A DNA stretch of 64,000 bases. Source: Carcharhinus longimanus. Lineage: Eukaryota. The stretch spans positions 6,529,654 through 6,593,653 of the forward strand of contig JASCQW010000139.1 in NCBI GenBank assembly GCA_030264375.1, written 5' to 3'. Shown piece after piece: positions 24,618 to 40,889 of the stretch. Made by a program: the position numbers and the translations under genes. Below the pieces are notes generated by a model. It ran no database searches. It was not told the DNA's origin and saw only the letters and a list, made by a program, of their open reading frames with translations. Positions within the stretch are counted from its first letter, which is position 1. Each line of letters starts with the position of its first letter.

Positions 24618-24749
24618 CTTAGTAAAGTAGTTGACAGCACGTGTATGATCCAGACGAGGAGATAGCACCATGAGCAGATCATTCAGTAATAAAGGCTTAA
24701 ACTCCAAGTAGAACTGCGTTGCTTTGTAATAGAGCTCCACATTGGCCAC
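24618..24749 (-). CDS. CLTC: CLTC exon 27 (132 nt; VANVELYY...NYFTK)
   Basis: tctaag acceptor, gtactt donor. Confidence 0.96.
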
Positions 24750-25199
24750 CTTAGAAAAATGCAAGTTAAATATTAGTTTAAGCAAGGTTACTTGACAGGA
24801 ACCAAAACTTTGGCTCTAGCAAATTAAGGCTAAAAGCAAAATTTACAGCAAGGTTGGAATAAAATACAATATGCTTTGAATCAGTTTCTAGCTTCCTCTA
24901 GCCACTAGGTGGCATTTTATACAAGAGATATGGTTGCTAGTGTCACCCAGTGGGTAGAGCTAGTATTAAAACTCCATATTACAGCCTTATAATCTTGGCC
25001 AGATTTAGCCTGTTTCTAAAACAGTCTGACTGAATGCCTGTGCATTTGTGAACTTGCCACCAGGCCATAAATGCTCCTTACAAGAAAAAGGCTAATCTTT
25101 TGCTGGTTTGAAAGTCACTGTTTTGGGTATGTGACAAATAGCATGTTGACAGATTAAGAAAACATCCTTCATACAAACCACATGACAAAACTGAATCAT

Positions 25200-25450
25200 A
25201 TCACCGAATCCCTACAGTTCGGAAGGCCATTTCAGCCTGCACTGACCACAATCCCATCCAGGTCCCATTTCCATAACCTCTCATATTACCCCTGACTAGT
25301 GTTAGTTTTAGCATGGCTAAATCAACTCAACGTGTACATCTTTGGACTGAGGGAGGAAACCCATGCAGACATGGAGAATGTGCAAACTCTAGTGACCTGA
25401 AGCCAGAATTGAACCCAAGTCCCTGGTGCTGCAAGGAAGCAATGCTAATC
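25200..25450 (-). mobile_element. HE1-type SINE, decayed
   Basis: gaatccctacag...gaggaaacccatgcagac..gagaatgtgcaaactc..aattgaaccc. Confidence 0.75.
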
Positions 25451-25501
25451 CTTATTGGAGGTAAATGGTCCACAGACTTGCCCTAGGTGAGGATAAATTC
25501 A

Positions 25502-25699
<198 letters not shown>

Positions 25700-25732
25700 T
25701 TAGTACTCATTGAAAGTACATAGCTTCCATCA

Positions 25733-25936
<204 letters not shown>

Positions 25937-26139
25937 TTACATTGAGAGCTCAGTGCAAGCAGAACCAACTTACAGGAGTAATGTCAAATACCTATGGTTT
26001 CTTTACAAGAGTTGAAAATTGCTTACAGATTGCTATTGAGGGGTACAATAAGCTGTTTTCAGCACAATTTTTATAGTTGATACACAAAATCAGAGGAAAC
26101 TTTTGCAACTACCTTAAGATACGTAATCTGATGAGGCTA

Positions 26140-26340
<201 letters not shown>

Positions 26341-26536
26341 TCACTTGGAAGCTAATGTCCAGTTATAGGAGATATCAAAACAATTCTTGTTATTCTGACT
26401 TTTGTTTTTAGAGGGAGCCATTTTGCCTCAACTTTAGGGAAAATTCACCATGTGTCCAAAGAACATGCAAGCAATCCTAACAGATGATTAACTGGTTCAC
26501 TATCACTGAGGGGGAGGCGGAGACAACTTCCACTCA

Positions 26537-26869
<333 letters not shown>

Positions 26870-27227
26870 CTACAATACACAGGAAAATACTTACCTACAA
26901 GAGTTTCTATCTTTTCATCTGGCTCTGAAGATTCTCAAACTGAAGAGACTGACATCCTGTCACTGACCAATTAAAACCTGGAGGTCAGAGGCCATCAGGA
27001 TGCATCAATAGCAGAGACAGTCAAGGCAACAAGTAGTGACCCACATCGAAAAGGTCACATTCAATCCCTAACCCAGTCAGTAGATCTCTACCAAACCCAA
27101 CAGCATAACTCAATGGCTGTAGCCAATTGTAAAGGGAAGGTGTTTGATCACTGTATTATGTTCATTCAGACCCTCAAGCTGCAATTTCAAACTTAGGAGT
27201 TGTGTATTTTAGCTTCACTACACATCA

Positions 27228-27801
<574 letters not shown>

Positions 27802-27837
27802 CTATTTAAAAAGGTAGTGTGAAATATCCATATTTCA

Positions 27838-28080
<243 letters not shown>

Positions 28081-28349
28081 CTAGAGGATACCACAATAGT
28101 TCACTTGGATATGGGTTTACAGCAATTAGCATACTTTACTATATCCTAATGCAGTATAGATGGACTTCCTTTCCCAGTCTGAAATAGGAAAATCAGAACC
28201 TCAACTATTTTCAAAGATTTACAGCAAGCACTGCAGGATAATCTGGGTGTTGGGCAAAAATCAGCCACTTACCAAGTATGTAGGTCTGTTCTAGTGATTA
28301 CCAATCAGAAAAATAGTTTGATATATAATCTTCTACAATTCATGGGTTA

Positions 28350-28640
28350 TTAAACCTGCATGAAACTGGTTCAGTGTTAATTCTGGGCACCACACTTTTG
28401 GGAAGGTGGCTATGAAAGCATTGGAGGGTGCAGGAATGTCTCATGACTGAGTAGTAAAAGTAACTGGAGAAGTTTGGACTGGTCTTGAGGCCAAGAGGAG
28501 ATTTGGTGATGTATTCAAAATCCAAGGGGTTTGCACATAACAGGTAGGAAGAAATTGTTCCCATTGGAAGAGTTGAGAACCAGGAGGGCATAGATTTAAG
28601 GCACTGGCAAGAACAGCAATAGTGACAAGCTTTCCCCCCT
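28350..28640 (+). mobile_element. CR1 LINE 3' ORF2 fragment
   Basis: ttctgggcaccacactt...gaggagatttggtgatgtattcaaaat...gggcatagatttaagg. Confidence 0.65.
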
Positions 28641-29244
28641 GCCAAAACAAGTCCAACATGGACTCTGGTATCCTTCCATACTGTACCCAATTCATGTACT
28701 TAGAATGATAAACCTGATTCTAGAGTGCAAAAGCTATGAAATGTTTTGTCTGCCAAATCCATTACTGCATTGCTTAAATTGGAGAGTGTTCTTTGGATTT
28801 GTAGGTTTGAGCTCCTACAGGTTTGATGCTGCTTCTGCCCATCCAGGACAATTGCAAAAACCAAAAAAGGTGGCAGCAGGCAAACACCAGAAGTTCTAAA
28901 TCCAGCCTTGGTGACCCAGCAGCCAGTAAATTGGTTGACACCAGGCATAGTAGGCCAGAGATGGGAACCATGTTGAGGTGAGGACAAAACCAAAAATAGT
29001 TCTTATCTAGTGCAAAGGGGAGCCATTGTTGTAAAAGCTAGATTCAAATGGCATCTAATGCCAAAACTAGCAAACCAAGTTACAACTCTAAACCATCACC
29101 ACTGGCTTAAGTGTGCTCATCTTTAAAAGCAAAATATTAAATNNNNNNNNNNNNNNNNNNNNNNNNNNNNNNNNNNNNNNNNNNNNNNNNNNNNNNNNNN
29201 NNNNNNNNNNNNNNNNNNNNNNNNNNNNNNNNNNNNNNNNNNTA

Positions 29245-29400
<156 letters not shown>

Positions 29401-30128
29401 TCAATTGTAAACTTCAGCACAAAATACAAGTTAGATTTCCTACAGATTATTCTTGAAAGTATGCACATTTTATGCAGATAATCAGGATTTCTGTAGGGAA
29501 GAAAAAAGTGGCATGTGCTGCAACTCCAACCAACCTTCCACAGACAGCCAGAGAATAGATAATGAATCAGTTGAATTGATTCAAAAGGACAATGTTGTAT
29601 GATTGTCAATGGCATAGCTAAGCTTAGAAAGATTGTCTTACACTTCTCAAAAGCAGTGTTCTAAGCACAAGGAAGCTGGACTGCCATAAACGACAGAAGT
29701 GCAAAGCATCAAGGACTGCATACTACCCTTCAGCAGACACTAAAGAACTTGAACTATAGGAACCAACTCCATTTAAATCATTTCATGGCTTTGTCTAACT
29801 ATTGCTTTGGGTTTTCCTCATTGCTGGGCTTGGAGGTTTCTTAAGACTTATTCAATGTATGGTATTTTAATCTAGGGTCATTTACTATTAGTTATGCTTT
29901 ACCCTCAAGACTACAAGTGCATCAATACAAATCTTGAAGCCAATTTCCAAGTGGATCTATGTTTGTGTGACCAATTATGGTCATGACATGATGAACAATG
30001 ACTAAGTAAAATTAATGTTGAAACCTGCAGGCTTTCACAAGCTTCCAAATGCTACCAAGGAGGTTGGTTTATGTTTTAAAAAAATCAGTAACCTCTTACA
30101 GATAATGCAATTCTGTATTAGGATTTCA

Positions 30129-30347
<219 letters not shown>

Positions 30348-30519
30348 TTAAAAGGTAAAAAAGAATCTCAAGGACAGTTCCAGGGCAAGCATTTCCACCC
30401 CACCAAACCCCTGAAACTTGAAGTGAAGCAAATATGGAATTTCAAAAATCAAAACGTATTTTTCATATTGAAGCCAGCTACAATGAACTTTAGGTCATCT
30501 TTACAGTGTGGTAAAATTT

Positions 30520-30780
30520 TAGTTGAAGGGTCTGTTGTTACAAGGAGACAAATTAAAAGTGAGGGGGGATAATTGGAGGAAAACCTCTACCCAGAAGACA
30601 GTGATGGTCTGGAATGCACTGCCTGGGAGGGTGGAAGAGGCAGGATGCCTCAAAAGTACCTGGATGAGTACTTACACACCATAACATTCAAGGCGATGGG
30701 CCAAGTGGGCAGGTCAGAGCATTTCATGTGTCGCTGCAGACTCAGTGGGCTGAAGGGCTCTTCTGCACTCTAGTATTGTG
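30520..30780 (+). mobile_element. CR1 LINE 3' end
   Basis: tggaatgcactgcctgggagggtgg...gggctgaagggc..ttctgcact. Confidence 0.65.
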
Positions 30781-31063
30781 AAATTCCCACTGAATAATAG
30801 TGGTTAGCTCAAATAGTTGCACACATCCTCAAGGCCAGAGTACAAATTTATAGACATTCCTTGTACAGGGACGTAGCTATATTGGTTACTTTCAAGAGGA
30901 CCATTTAACTATCCCATTTGCACCACAAGAATCATCCCTATGAAATGTTCCAAAAACAATGTTTTTTTTTTTAAAAAAGGTAAACTGCTGTTGAGTTCTT
31001 GCTATGCTCAAAATGGCTGCAACATTGGATGATACCTGTTCTTCACAAGCCCTAAACTGGCTA

Positions 31064-31462
<399 letters not shown>

Positions 31463-31966
31463 TCATACAAAAGCCTCACAAATAGGAATCAGTAGTGTAG
31501 TGTAAAGGCTTAGGACAAACCCTCAAAAACAAAAAAAAAGTGGTGGTAGAGGCAGGAACAGTCATTTGAATTCTCTACACTAGGGAGCAGTGAAGACTGG
31601 GTCACTGAATATACTTCAAGGTAAAAAGTTCTATTTACAAGGGTTTATAGGAAGACAGGAAAATAGAATTCAAGACACAGATCACCCATGTCGAATGGCA
31701 GTACAGAGACAACAATTGGTCTCCTGCTCATTTAATCCTCAGATGTCTAAACTAAAAATTTAGACTAGAATCAGATGGACTGCCAGGGATGGTGTTTGAC
31801 TGAAGTTGGACCAGTCTGGCACATTTGCTAATTTCAAAAGGGATTGATGGGCAGAGTGAGAAATCAGAAATCAAACTAGGTTTGTCCCAATTACCCAAGT
31901 CCTTCAGTGGCCCAGTTTGGAAAGTCTGTCACTGGTACTTACCATTTCACAACTGTTACAAATTTA

Positions 31967-32182
<216 letters not shown>

Positions 32183-32259
32183 CTATCAAAGTAAAAGATC
32201 ATTGTTAGTTGTAAATGGATGCATATTAGGACTGAATAATTTGAGAATGATCATTTAGA

Positions 32260-32523
32260 AACAGCAGTGCCAGGGATCTGGGTTTGAGTCTGGCCTTGGG
32301 TGACTAGTTTACATGTTCTCCATGTCTGTGGGTTTCCTCCAGGTGCTCTGGTGGTTTCCTCCTACAGTCCAAAAAGATGTTTGGTGGTGGTGGTGGAGAA
32401 ATTGGGCATGGTAAACTGCCTCTTAGTCTCAAAAGGAGATTAAGAGTTAATGGATTAGGATTGTGGTTGGTATAAGCTTGATGTATCAAAATGGCCTCCT
32501 TCTGCACTATAGGGATTCTATGA
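32260..32523 (+). mobile_element. HE1-type SINE
   Basis: V-domain gtgggtttcctccaggtgctctgg and tail cctccttctgcactatagggattctatga. Confidence 0.75.
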
Positions 32524-32806
32524 TGCTCAAAGCCTGTTACATGAATTAATGCAAAATCATTTATCCTTCCCCATTCTGGCTTGCAACTCCAGACCCCATA
32601 ACAAGGCTCAACTATCCTCTGCAATGGCCTAAGCTACACAAGGGCAGCTAGGAATGGGCAGATGCTGGCCTTGCCAGCAATGCCTACATAAAAACCAAGT
32701 TCAGCTTGTGGACATGGAAAATTACTGCCACCCCACCCCCCCCCAGAAATGTAACAAACCACCTGCCCAAGTTACAAAAGACAGAACCAAAACATTTCCA
32801 GTTCTA

Positions 32807-32947
<141 letters not shown>

Positions 32948-35151
32948 CTATGAAAACAATGGTTTAAAAAAAAAAAGGGTGTCAGTCTTGTGCATGAAAT
33001 GTATTTGAACGGATGTATAAACAGACTTCCTACAACTGCTCTGAATCTCCCTTTGACAGAACCAAGTGCCATATACATTCTCATAATGAGAAATGCTACC
33101 ACTTGATGTTTGGTCAAATGCACAGCCTTGATTGAATTTTAAATATTTTGATCTGACTTGCCAATTAAGACAAAACTACAGCAAAAGTAGCCATGTCTTT
33201 AGATGCATCCACAAGTGGTTTATTCAGGTATGGAATCTAGAAGATACTGATGTAGATCAGTACTTGATCTTTCACATAACCTACCAGCCTTTAAAACTAC
33301 AAACTCTTTAAAATCTACACATCATGATTGCGATGATAGTTCAGATGTTGAAAGATCCAAAAAAGAACTATTCACTAATCTCTTGCTGTGTGCACGTACA
33401 GAAAATATGACTCAAAAATTGCTGAGTGCAAACACTTTGGGCTGCACCAAGGCTCAAACCGAATGGATTGAGCTTTAGTTTATACACCAAAACTGGGTTG
33501 AATTTTAGTTTACATTCCTTTCAAGCATGAGCACACAGTTTGAGCAAAGAATGGGAAAAACAAGCTATGTGCCTGGGAGCAAGAACTACAAAACATTTCT
33601 AGTCTACTCAGCTGTCAAAATAGGTTGAATATCAAACAATGCTTAAATCTTCAATATCAATGCAACATGGCATATGTATTGCTTTGATTCATTAAGGGCC
33701 ATCTCAACACAAATTGGATTCATTTGAAACTCGGGATTAACCACCCTGGAATGTGGGACTTGAATACTAATCTTCATTCCCAAGATGTTATGAGATCTAG
33801 TGAAAACTTCATAGCAATTATTGGTTGAACACAACAAAGGTTAAAAACCCTACATCTACTACAGTAGTGATGGTTTTGAAGCTAGCAGTTACTGCAGGAA
33901 TAGCACTCTGGGATTGGGAAGCAGACAGTGCTCTGATTTATACTAGCTTTAATCCACAGTTTCAGCTCATTAAGCAAATTTACTCTCCTGAACAGATGGA
34001 CTCCAATAAATTCCATAATTTCTTCTTCAAAGCCTAGCAGCATTATTGCTGACACTTGCAACAGTGGAATAATGCTGGGGTCAGAATAGACCAAAGTGAG
34101 CTTTCACAACTTCAGCAGTTTTGCCCTACTCCCATTGTGAAACTAAGAGACCAACATCTGTACCTAAAACAAGGCCATACTGAAAGCACAGTGTTCAAAT
34201 TCCACTGCATCACATCCTGCTTTAGGTAAAAATGAACAAGTAACTTACTCCTGTAGTTCCAACACCACCACACAATGGCCCAAGTCATAAGGACATGTGC
34301 ACTGGTATCCAGTGAGCTGCATAATCTGCAATGGTTTGAGGCCTACCACCCATGGGGCAACTACTGAAAAGAACAGCTGTCTGCATTCCCCACAATTAAT
34401 GAGTTGCAGACTACCTTCCAAATTCATAGTTTAGCTTTTGCTAATGCCAAATGGAGATATCCATGTTAATTCAAGACTAGAGCAATTAAGTGGCCAACTC
34501 CCAACTTACTGCCACTTGTGATTGAAAGCTATGCAGATGTAGCTACATCTGCCACACTAGTCTTGTCTTAGCCTTTTGGCACAAGTACCCACCAAGAAAA
34601 CTACCAAATCTTAGTTCATGATTTGGCATGAAGCCAGATCAGTTCTAAAATCATTGTACTTGCACTCAGCTAGGAGCAAGGTAAAAGCAATTCTAACCAC
34701 ATCTCTCCACCTTGATATGCAAAGACACTAATTTACATCAAAAAGAGCAAGAATTTCCTTAATGTGAACCAAGCCACCATCCGTTAGTATGGGAGTTCAC
34801 AAGTCCAGAGCAAGATGAAAATCCTCTTCAACAGGCCCTAGCAAACAGTTACATTTCTATTTCGATCTTCACTTAAAGCAGACCAAACAACTTTAGAATG
34901 CACTTTACAACAGTGGCTTTCCTTGAAGTTGGGCTGATATCAGCCACATTTCCACAAGTTTTAGATTATATTCTGAGAAGTTACTACAAAATCAAAACAG
35001 CAAGATCATTTTAAGCTGGCTTTACAAATGATATTCTGCCAATGTCTTGCCATATCCAAGAGCACTGTCCTGCACAAATAGGATAGGATATAGTCTTATG
35101 GAAATAAGGGGGAGGGGATGGGGAGGAAAGGCCTGCGCTGCAAACATTTAC

Positions 35152-35163
35152 CTGGTACATGTC
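35152..35163 (-). CDS. CLTC: Candidate 12-nt alternative microexon GAC ATG TAC CAG (DMYQ)
   Basis: Minus strand reads ttttttgtgctgttccttatctggaatgagcag|GACATGTACCAG|gtaaat; open and frame-preserving in phase-0 intron 14. Confidence 0.4.
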
Positions 35164-36022
35164 CTGCTCATTCCAGATAAGGAACAGCACAAAAAATAAT
35201 AGCTTCCATCAACAGCTGGTCACTCAGTTCAACATTATACAAACCAATAAGCAGTTGAACAAGTTTAACATGGTCATTTAATGCACAGCTGACAGATTAA
35301 TTCAGCAAAACAGATTTAACCCATTTTATATTTTTGTAGAAGCTTTATGGATCTTCAGTTGAGAAAGCAGCTAGGATTTGGTTTTGTTTAAAGCCTATTT
35401 GCTGTTACTTATTACTTGGCACCCTGCAACTGCTTTCTTAAAATCAGTCCAATAACTGACATTAGACCATTATATTGCTAACATTATACTTCCAGTTTAG
35501 AGCAGCTAATTGAGACCAGCTTTGCTTTTCAATCATTTATCGCATCCCAGTTAAAAAGCTGCTTGCAGTCAAGCCTTTGTTTTTCACATGACAAATTGCA
35601 TATTGCAATTACAAGACAGTGAATTGTGTGGGGATTAACAGGTTTAGAAGCAGATATCCAGCTTAGTTATGGCCTTCACAAATTTGAGAATGTTCAAAGT
35701 TTGGACAGGCACCAAGTGCTCATTTAAGATGGAATGTGATGGAGTTTAGAACAAGATATTGCCATGTCCAATTACAGTATTGATGCCCTGTATTGCCCAC
35801 ACAACTGCCAGGAATAATCAGAAAGCAGTAATTACACATTTACATATATAGCTAATGATAGTAAAAATGCAGTTGTTTTCATGGCAAGAGCACAAGACAG
35901 CTTCCTTAAAAAAGTCACAGGAAAACTGATTGTCAGCTATTAATTAGTTTTGTATTTCTACCCAGACAGCTTAAAACTCTGCATTGCTTAAATATTTTAA
36001 GTACACTGGTATGTATAGTATA

Positions 36023-36483
<461 letters not shown>

Positions 36484-36879
36484 TTACAAACAAAGCAAAG
36501 TTGTTGTCACAGGGATAAAATGAGAATCTGTTTGGGTGAAGGTAGCCAGCAACATTCCTGGGTAAAGTCATGGAAAACCAATACCCCAATTATCTCATAG
36601 CCCTGCCTCATGAATTGCTACTGAAACAGCCTGACTAATTTCAAACATCACGCCAACCTCCATCCATTTAGTCAGGCTTCCAAAATCAAAGATGGCAACA
36701 AAGGAACAACTAGGACAACTAGCACTTGCTGCACCATTTAATGCAGTCCTTACACTTTCAGCTCCCAATGAAAAATTGGGATGGGCACTTGTGCCAAGAA
36801 TGACAAATGCATCTGTATACTGATGCTCGCATGAATTTAAGGATTTTTGTTGAATAGTGTGGCAGCTATTCAATCAAGC

Positions 36880-37432
36880 ATACTACCATTTAGAAAATTG
36901 TTTGATTGAGCAGATGCAGCACGGATTTGTTAAGGGGAAGTCATGTTTGACAAATTTATTGGATTTCTATGATGTGACTCGTGCAGTAGACAGGAGGAGA
37001 ACCGGTGGATGTGGCGTTTTTAGATTTCCAAAAAGGTGTTTGATAAAGGTGCCTCAAAGGTTGATACAGAAGGTTAGGGTGCACAGAGTTGGGGATAAGG
37101 TGTTAGCATGGATAGAGGATTGGTCATCTAAGAGGAAGCAGAGAGTTGGTATCAATGGGTGCTATTCTGGTTGGCAACTAGTGGAGTGCTGCAGGATTAG
37201 TGCTGGGGCCTCAACTATTTACCATTTATATAGATGATCTGGAGGAGGGGGCTGAGTGTAGGGTGACAAAATTTGCNNNNNNNNNNNNNNNNNNNNNNNN
37301 NNNNNNNNNNNNNNNNNNNNNNNNNNNNNNNNNNNNNNNNNNNNNNNNNNNNNNNNNNNNNNNNNNNNNNNNNNNNGGGGGTGGGCTCAAAGGGCTAGAT
37401 GGCTTACTCCTGCTCATATTTCTATGTTCTTA
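36880..37432 (+). mobile_element. CR1 LINE RT fragment plus 3' end
   Basis: QHGFVKGKSCLTNLLDFY...LAWIEDW...KQRVGING...LGPQLFTIYIDDL. Confidence 0.9.
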
Positions 37433-37992
37433 CTAGTTCAAACTTGTAAAAGACCCAAAAGACAATTCAAAGAATGAGGGGAACTGGTAGATTTGAGCTG
37501 CTTTCTCTTGAAAGCATTGGTGAGAAGAGGTAGGGGAGGATAGAGGAGTAGATCAGGAAGGCACAGTATGAGAGCTTGGAGATTTCAAATAGAAAAGGCA
37601 ACCAAAGCACAGCAGCTTATAAAGGGTAAGGATTTAGAATTTAAACAACCTAGGTCAGTAAGGACAGAATGACAATGATGAGTTGTGGAAATTTCTTACT
37701 GGGACATAGGATAGAAAGAACCTCTGAATAGTATGCAGTACACCATTATGTACTTGGAAAACAAGCAAGGTGCTTTATACAAAGATAGTGAGCCTGTTTG
37801 TTGCCATACCAACATTTGCAAAACTTTGATGAGTCTCTTGTCCAATTACTTCAAAAAGGATTGGAAAAAACAAGTACACTTTATGCTGTTTCAACATGCA
37901 CAAAATACTAAACTGCAAAAATGATCCTGCACAAAAATTTGTGATAGACAGGATGTGGCATCACCCATTCTTAGCTGGTTATGGATTATTTA

Positions 37993-38244
<252 letters not shown>

Positions 38245-38329
38245 TTACAATGGCAAAATGATTTTAGAATGTCAAAGCTAAAATAGTTTAAGATTAAGTG
38301 ACACGAGTTACATTACCAAATAGAATCTA

Positions 38330-38503
<174 letters not shown>

Positions 38504-38739
38504 CTAAAAACCAAAATCGATTTAATGTACCAGCTCAAGAGAAATAAAAGCTATATTGACACAAGTTGTTTTGCATCAGCATAAATGCTTACTTCAGGTG
38601 AAAATAAGCATTTCTATATTAAAAACAGTAAATATCAGCACAAGTAGCCAGGGAAATCTAATGAATATATTGAATGCAAATGATATTGCCAATTACCAGC
38701 TAATGGCATGTGTCTGACAAGGTTCACTCACTTGCCTGG

Positions 38740-39195
38740 GTTTGCAAAACCTCACTTACTGTACCTGTCTGGAGACAATACACATCTCTTTAAACTGTGA
38801 TCAGTGCTCCTTCCACTCATTGTCAGCCACTTCAGGTCTTGAACAGCAGGTTAGGTGTAAGGATTCGCATTCTAATCAGTAATCTCTAAACTGTNNNNNN
38901 NNNNNNNNNNNNNNNNNNNNNNNNNNNNNNNNNNNNNNNNNNNNNNNNNNNNNNNNNNNNNNNNNNNNNNNNNNNNNNNNNNNNNNNNNNNNNNGTCAGC
39001 CACTTCAGGTCTTGAACAGCAGGTTAGGTGTAAGGATTCGCATTCTAATCAGTAATCTCTAAACTGTCTGTACTTTATATGCTGTCTGAGGCCAGAACTC
39101 TCCATTCACCTGACAAAGGGGCTAACCCCGAAAGCTTGAGAGTCTATTATCAAATAAATAGGTTAGACTAAAACCTGGTGTTGTCAGACTTTTTA
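38740..39195 (+). mobile_element. Penelope-type element 3' part
   Basis: Ends in the same aaataaatagg..gactaaaacctggtgttgtcagactttt terminus as 36023-36265; contains a hammerhead-like core. Confidence 0.6.
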
Positions 39196-39577
39196 AACAA
39201 GGTTGTATAATACAAATGGCTGATATGTACACCATTCATGTGACCACTAGAGGGCTTGAAGTGACAACCACAAGTTGCATTGTAGTGGTACCAGCTGCAG
39301 AAAAACCATGAAGCAGCAGCCAGTTTGAGTCAAGAACAAGTTTAAAAATAAAGCACCTTAAAATTCTCTACAAATTCAAAAGGGTGATACTGAGCAAATA
39401 TCTTCAACTGAAAGGAGATCTATATAGTGATAGCATGAGAAATTTGTACAGATGAAAAACAGGTTTAGCTTAAATGGCTTGTGCTGTATCTATTTAGATG
39501 AATAGCCAGTATTGGTGTTTCGCTTTGAACACCCCTTTGTTAACTCCAACAGCATGTCACATTTTACACAACTTCCA

Positions 39578-39853
39578 TTGGCAGTGGTTAGCACTGCTGC
39601 CTCAGTGCCAGAGGCCCAAGTTCAATTCCAGCCATGGGTGAGTGTGGAGTTTGCATGGGTTTCCTTCAGGTGCTCCAGTTTTTCCCCAGTCCAAAGATAT
39701 GGGGGTTAGGTTGATTGGCCATGCTAAATAGACCTTTACTGTCAGGGCATTAGCAGGGCAAGTATCTTAAGGGGATAGGGCCTGGGTGGGATTGTGGTCA
39801 GTGCAGATTTGATGGGCCAAAAGGCCTCCTTCTGCACTGTGGGGATTGTATGA
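39578..39853 (+). mobile_element. HE1-type SINE
   Basis: Head gcagtggttagcactgctgcctc, V core and HE1 tail. Confidence 0.8.
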
Positions 39854-39949
39854 AGTACCACATTGTGGCAAGAAAATTGACTGGCTCAGACCTCATGTTT
39901 CCCATGCTATGTTGTTCTTTGTTCTTTAAATGGCAGGCCTATTAAGAGT

Positions 39950-40347
39950 ATAGAAAAGTACACAAGTCCTTGAAGGTGGCAGTACAGGTGGAGAAGGTGA
40001 AGGCAGCCGATGGTATGCTTGCCTTTTAGGGTGGGGTATAGAATATAAAGCTGGCATCTGATGTTGCCGTTGTAGATTGTTTGCCTGCATTTGGAGTACT
40101 GTGTCCAGTTCTGGTTACCTTACTACCAGAAGGACGTGGAGACCCTGGAGTGCAGAGGAGGTTTACCAGGATGTTGCCTGGTATAGAAGGACTGGGTTAT
40201 GAGGAAACATTGGGTAAACTGGGGCTCTTTTCCTTAGAAAGACGGAGATTAAGGGGGGATCTGATAGAGATGTATAAAATAATGAAGGGTATAGATAGAG
40301 TAAACAGTGGCAGGCTTTTTCCTAGATTGGAGACAAATATCACGAGG
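39950..40347 (+). mobile_element. CR1 LINE ORF2 C-terminal fragment
   Basis: VQRRFTRMLPG...LGLFSLERRRLRGDLIEMYKIMKG. Confidence 0.9.
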
Positions 40348-40447
40348 NNNNNNNNNNNNNNNNNNNNNNNNNNNNNNNNNNNNNNNNNNNNNNNNNNNNN
40401 NNNNNNNNNNNNNNNNNNNNNNNNNNNNNNNNNNNNNNNNNNNNNNN

Positions 40448-40880
40448 TTCCGGCACTTCCCCGGAATCCAGCGACGTTTGGAAAATAACCACCAAGGCAT
40501 CCACTATCACCTCCGCCATTTCTTGATTATTAACCTTGTCCCTAATTATTGTTTCTAAAATGCTTCCCCATCACTGAAGTTAAACTGATTGACCTGTAGA
40601 TGCTGGGCTTGTGACTCCATCCTTTTTTGAACAAGGGTATTTCGTTTGCGTTCTCCTGTCCTCTGGCACCACTCCGGGTCTGAAGAACTGAAATATTATG
40701 GCCAGTGTCTTTGCAATTTCCACTCTCAATTCCTTCAGTGTCCGTGGTTGCATAACATCTGGCCCTGGTACCTGAGCTATTTTAAGTACAGACAGCCGAT
40801 TCAATGCCACCTCCTTCCGAAAAACCTACTCTTTCGCCTTGACCTGGGTAGCATCTTCTTCCTTGGTAAAGACATGTAAA
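40448..40880 (-). mobile_element. CR1 LINE ORF2 fragments
   Basis: PGPD..PRTLKEL..EIAKTLAIIFQ...VPED. Confidence 0.75.
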
Positions 40881-40889
40881 CTAGCTATC

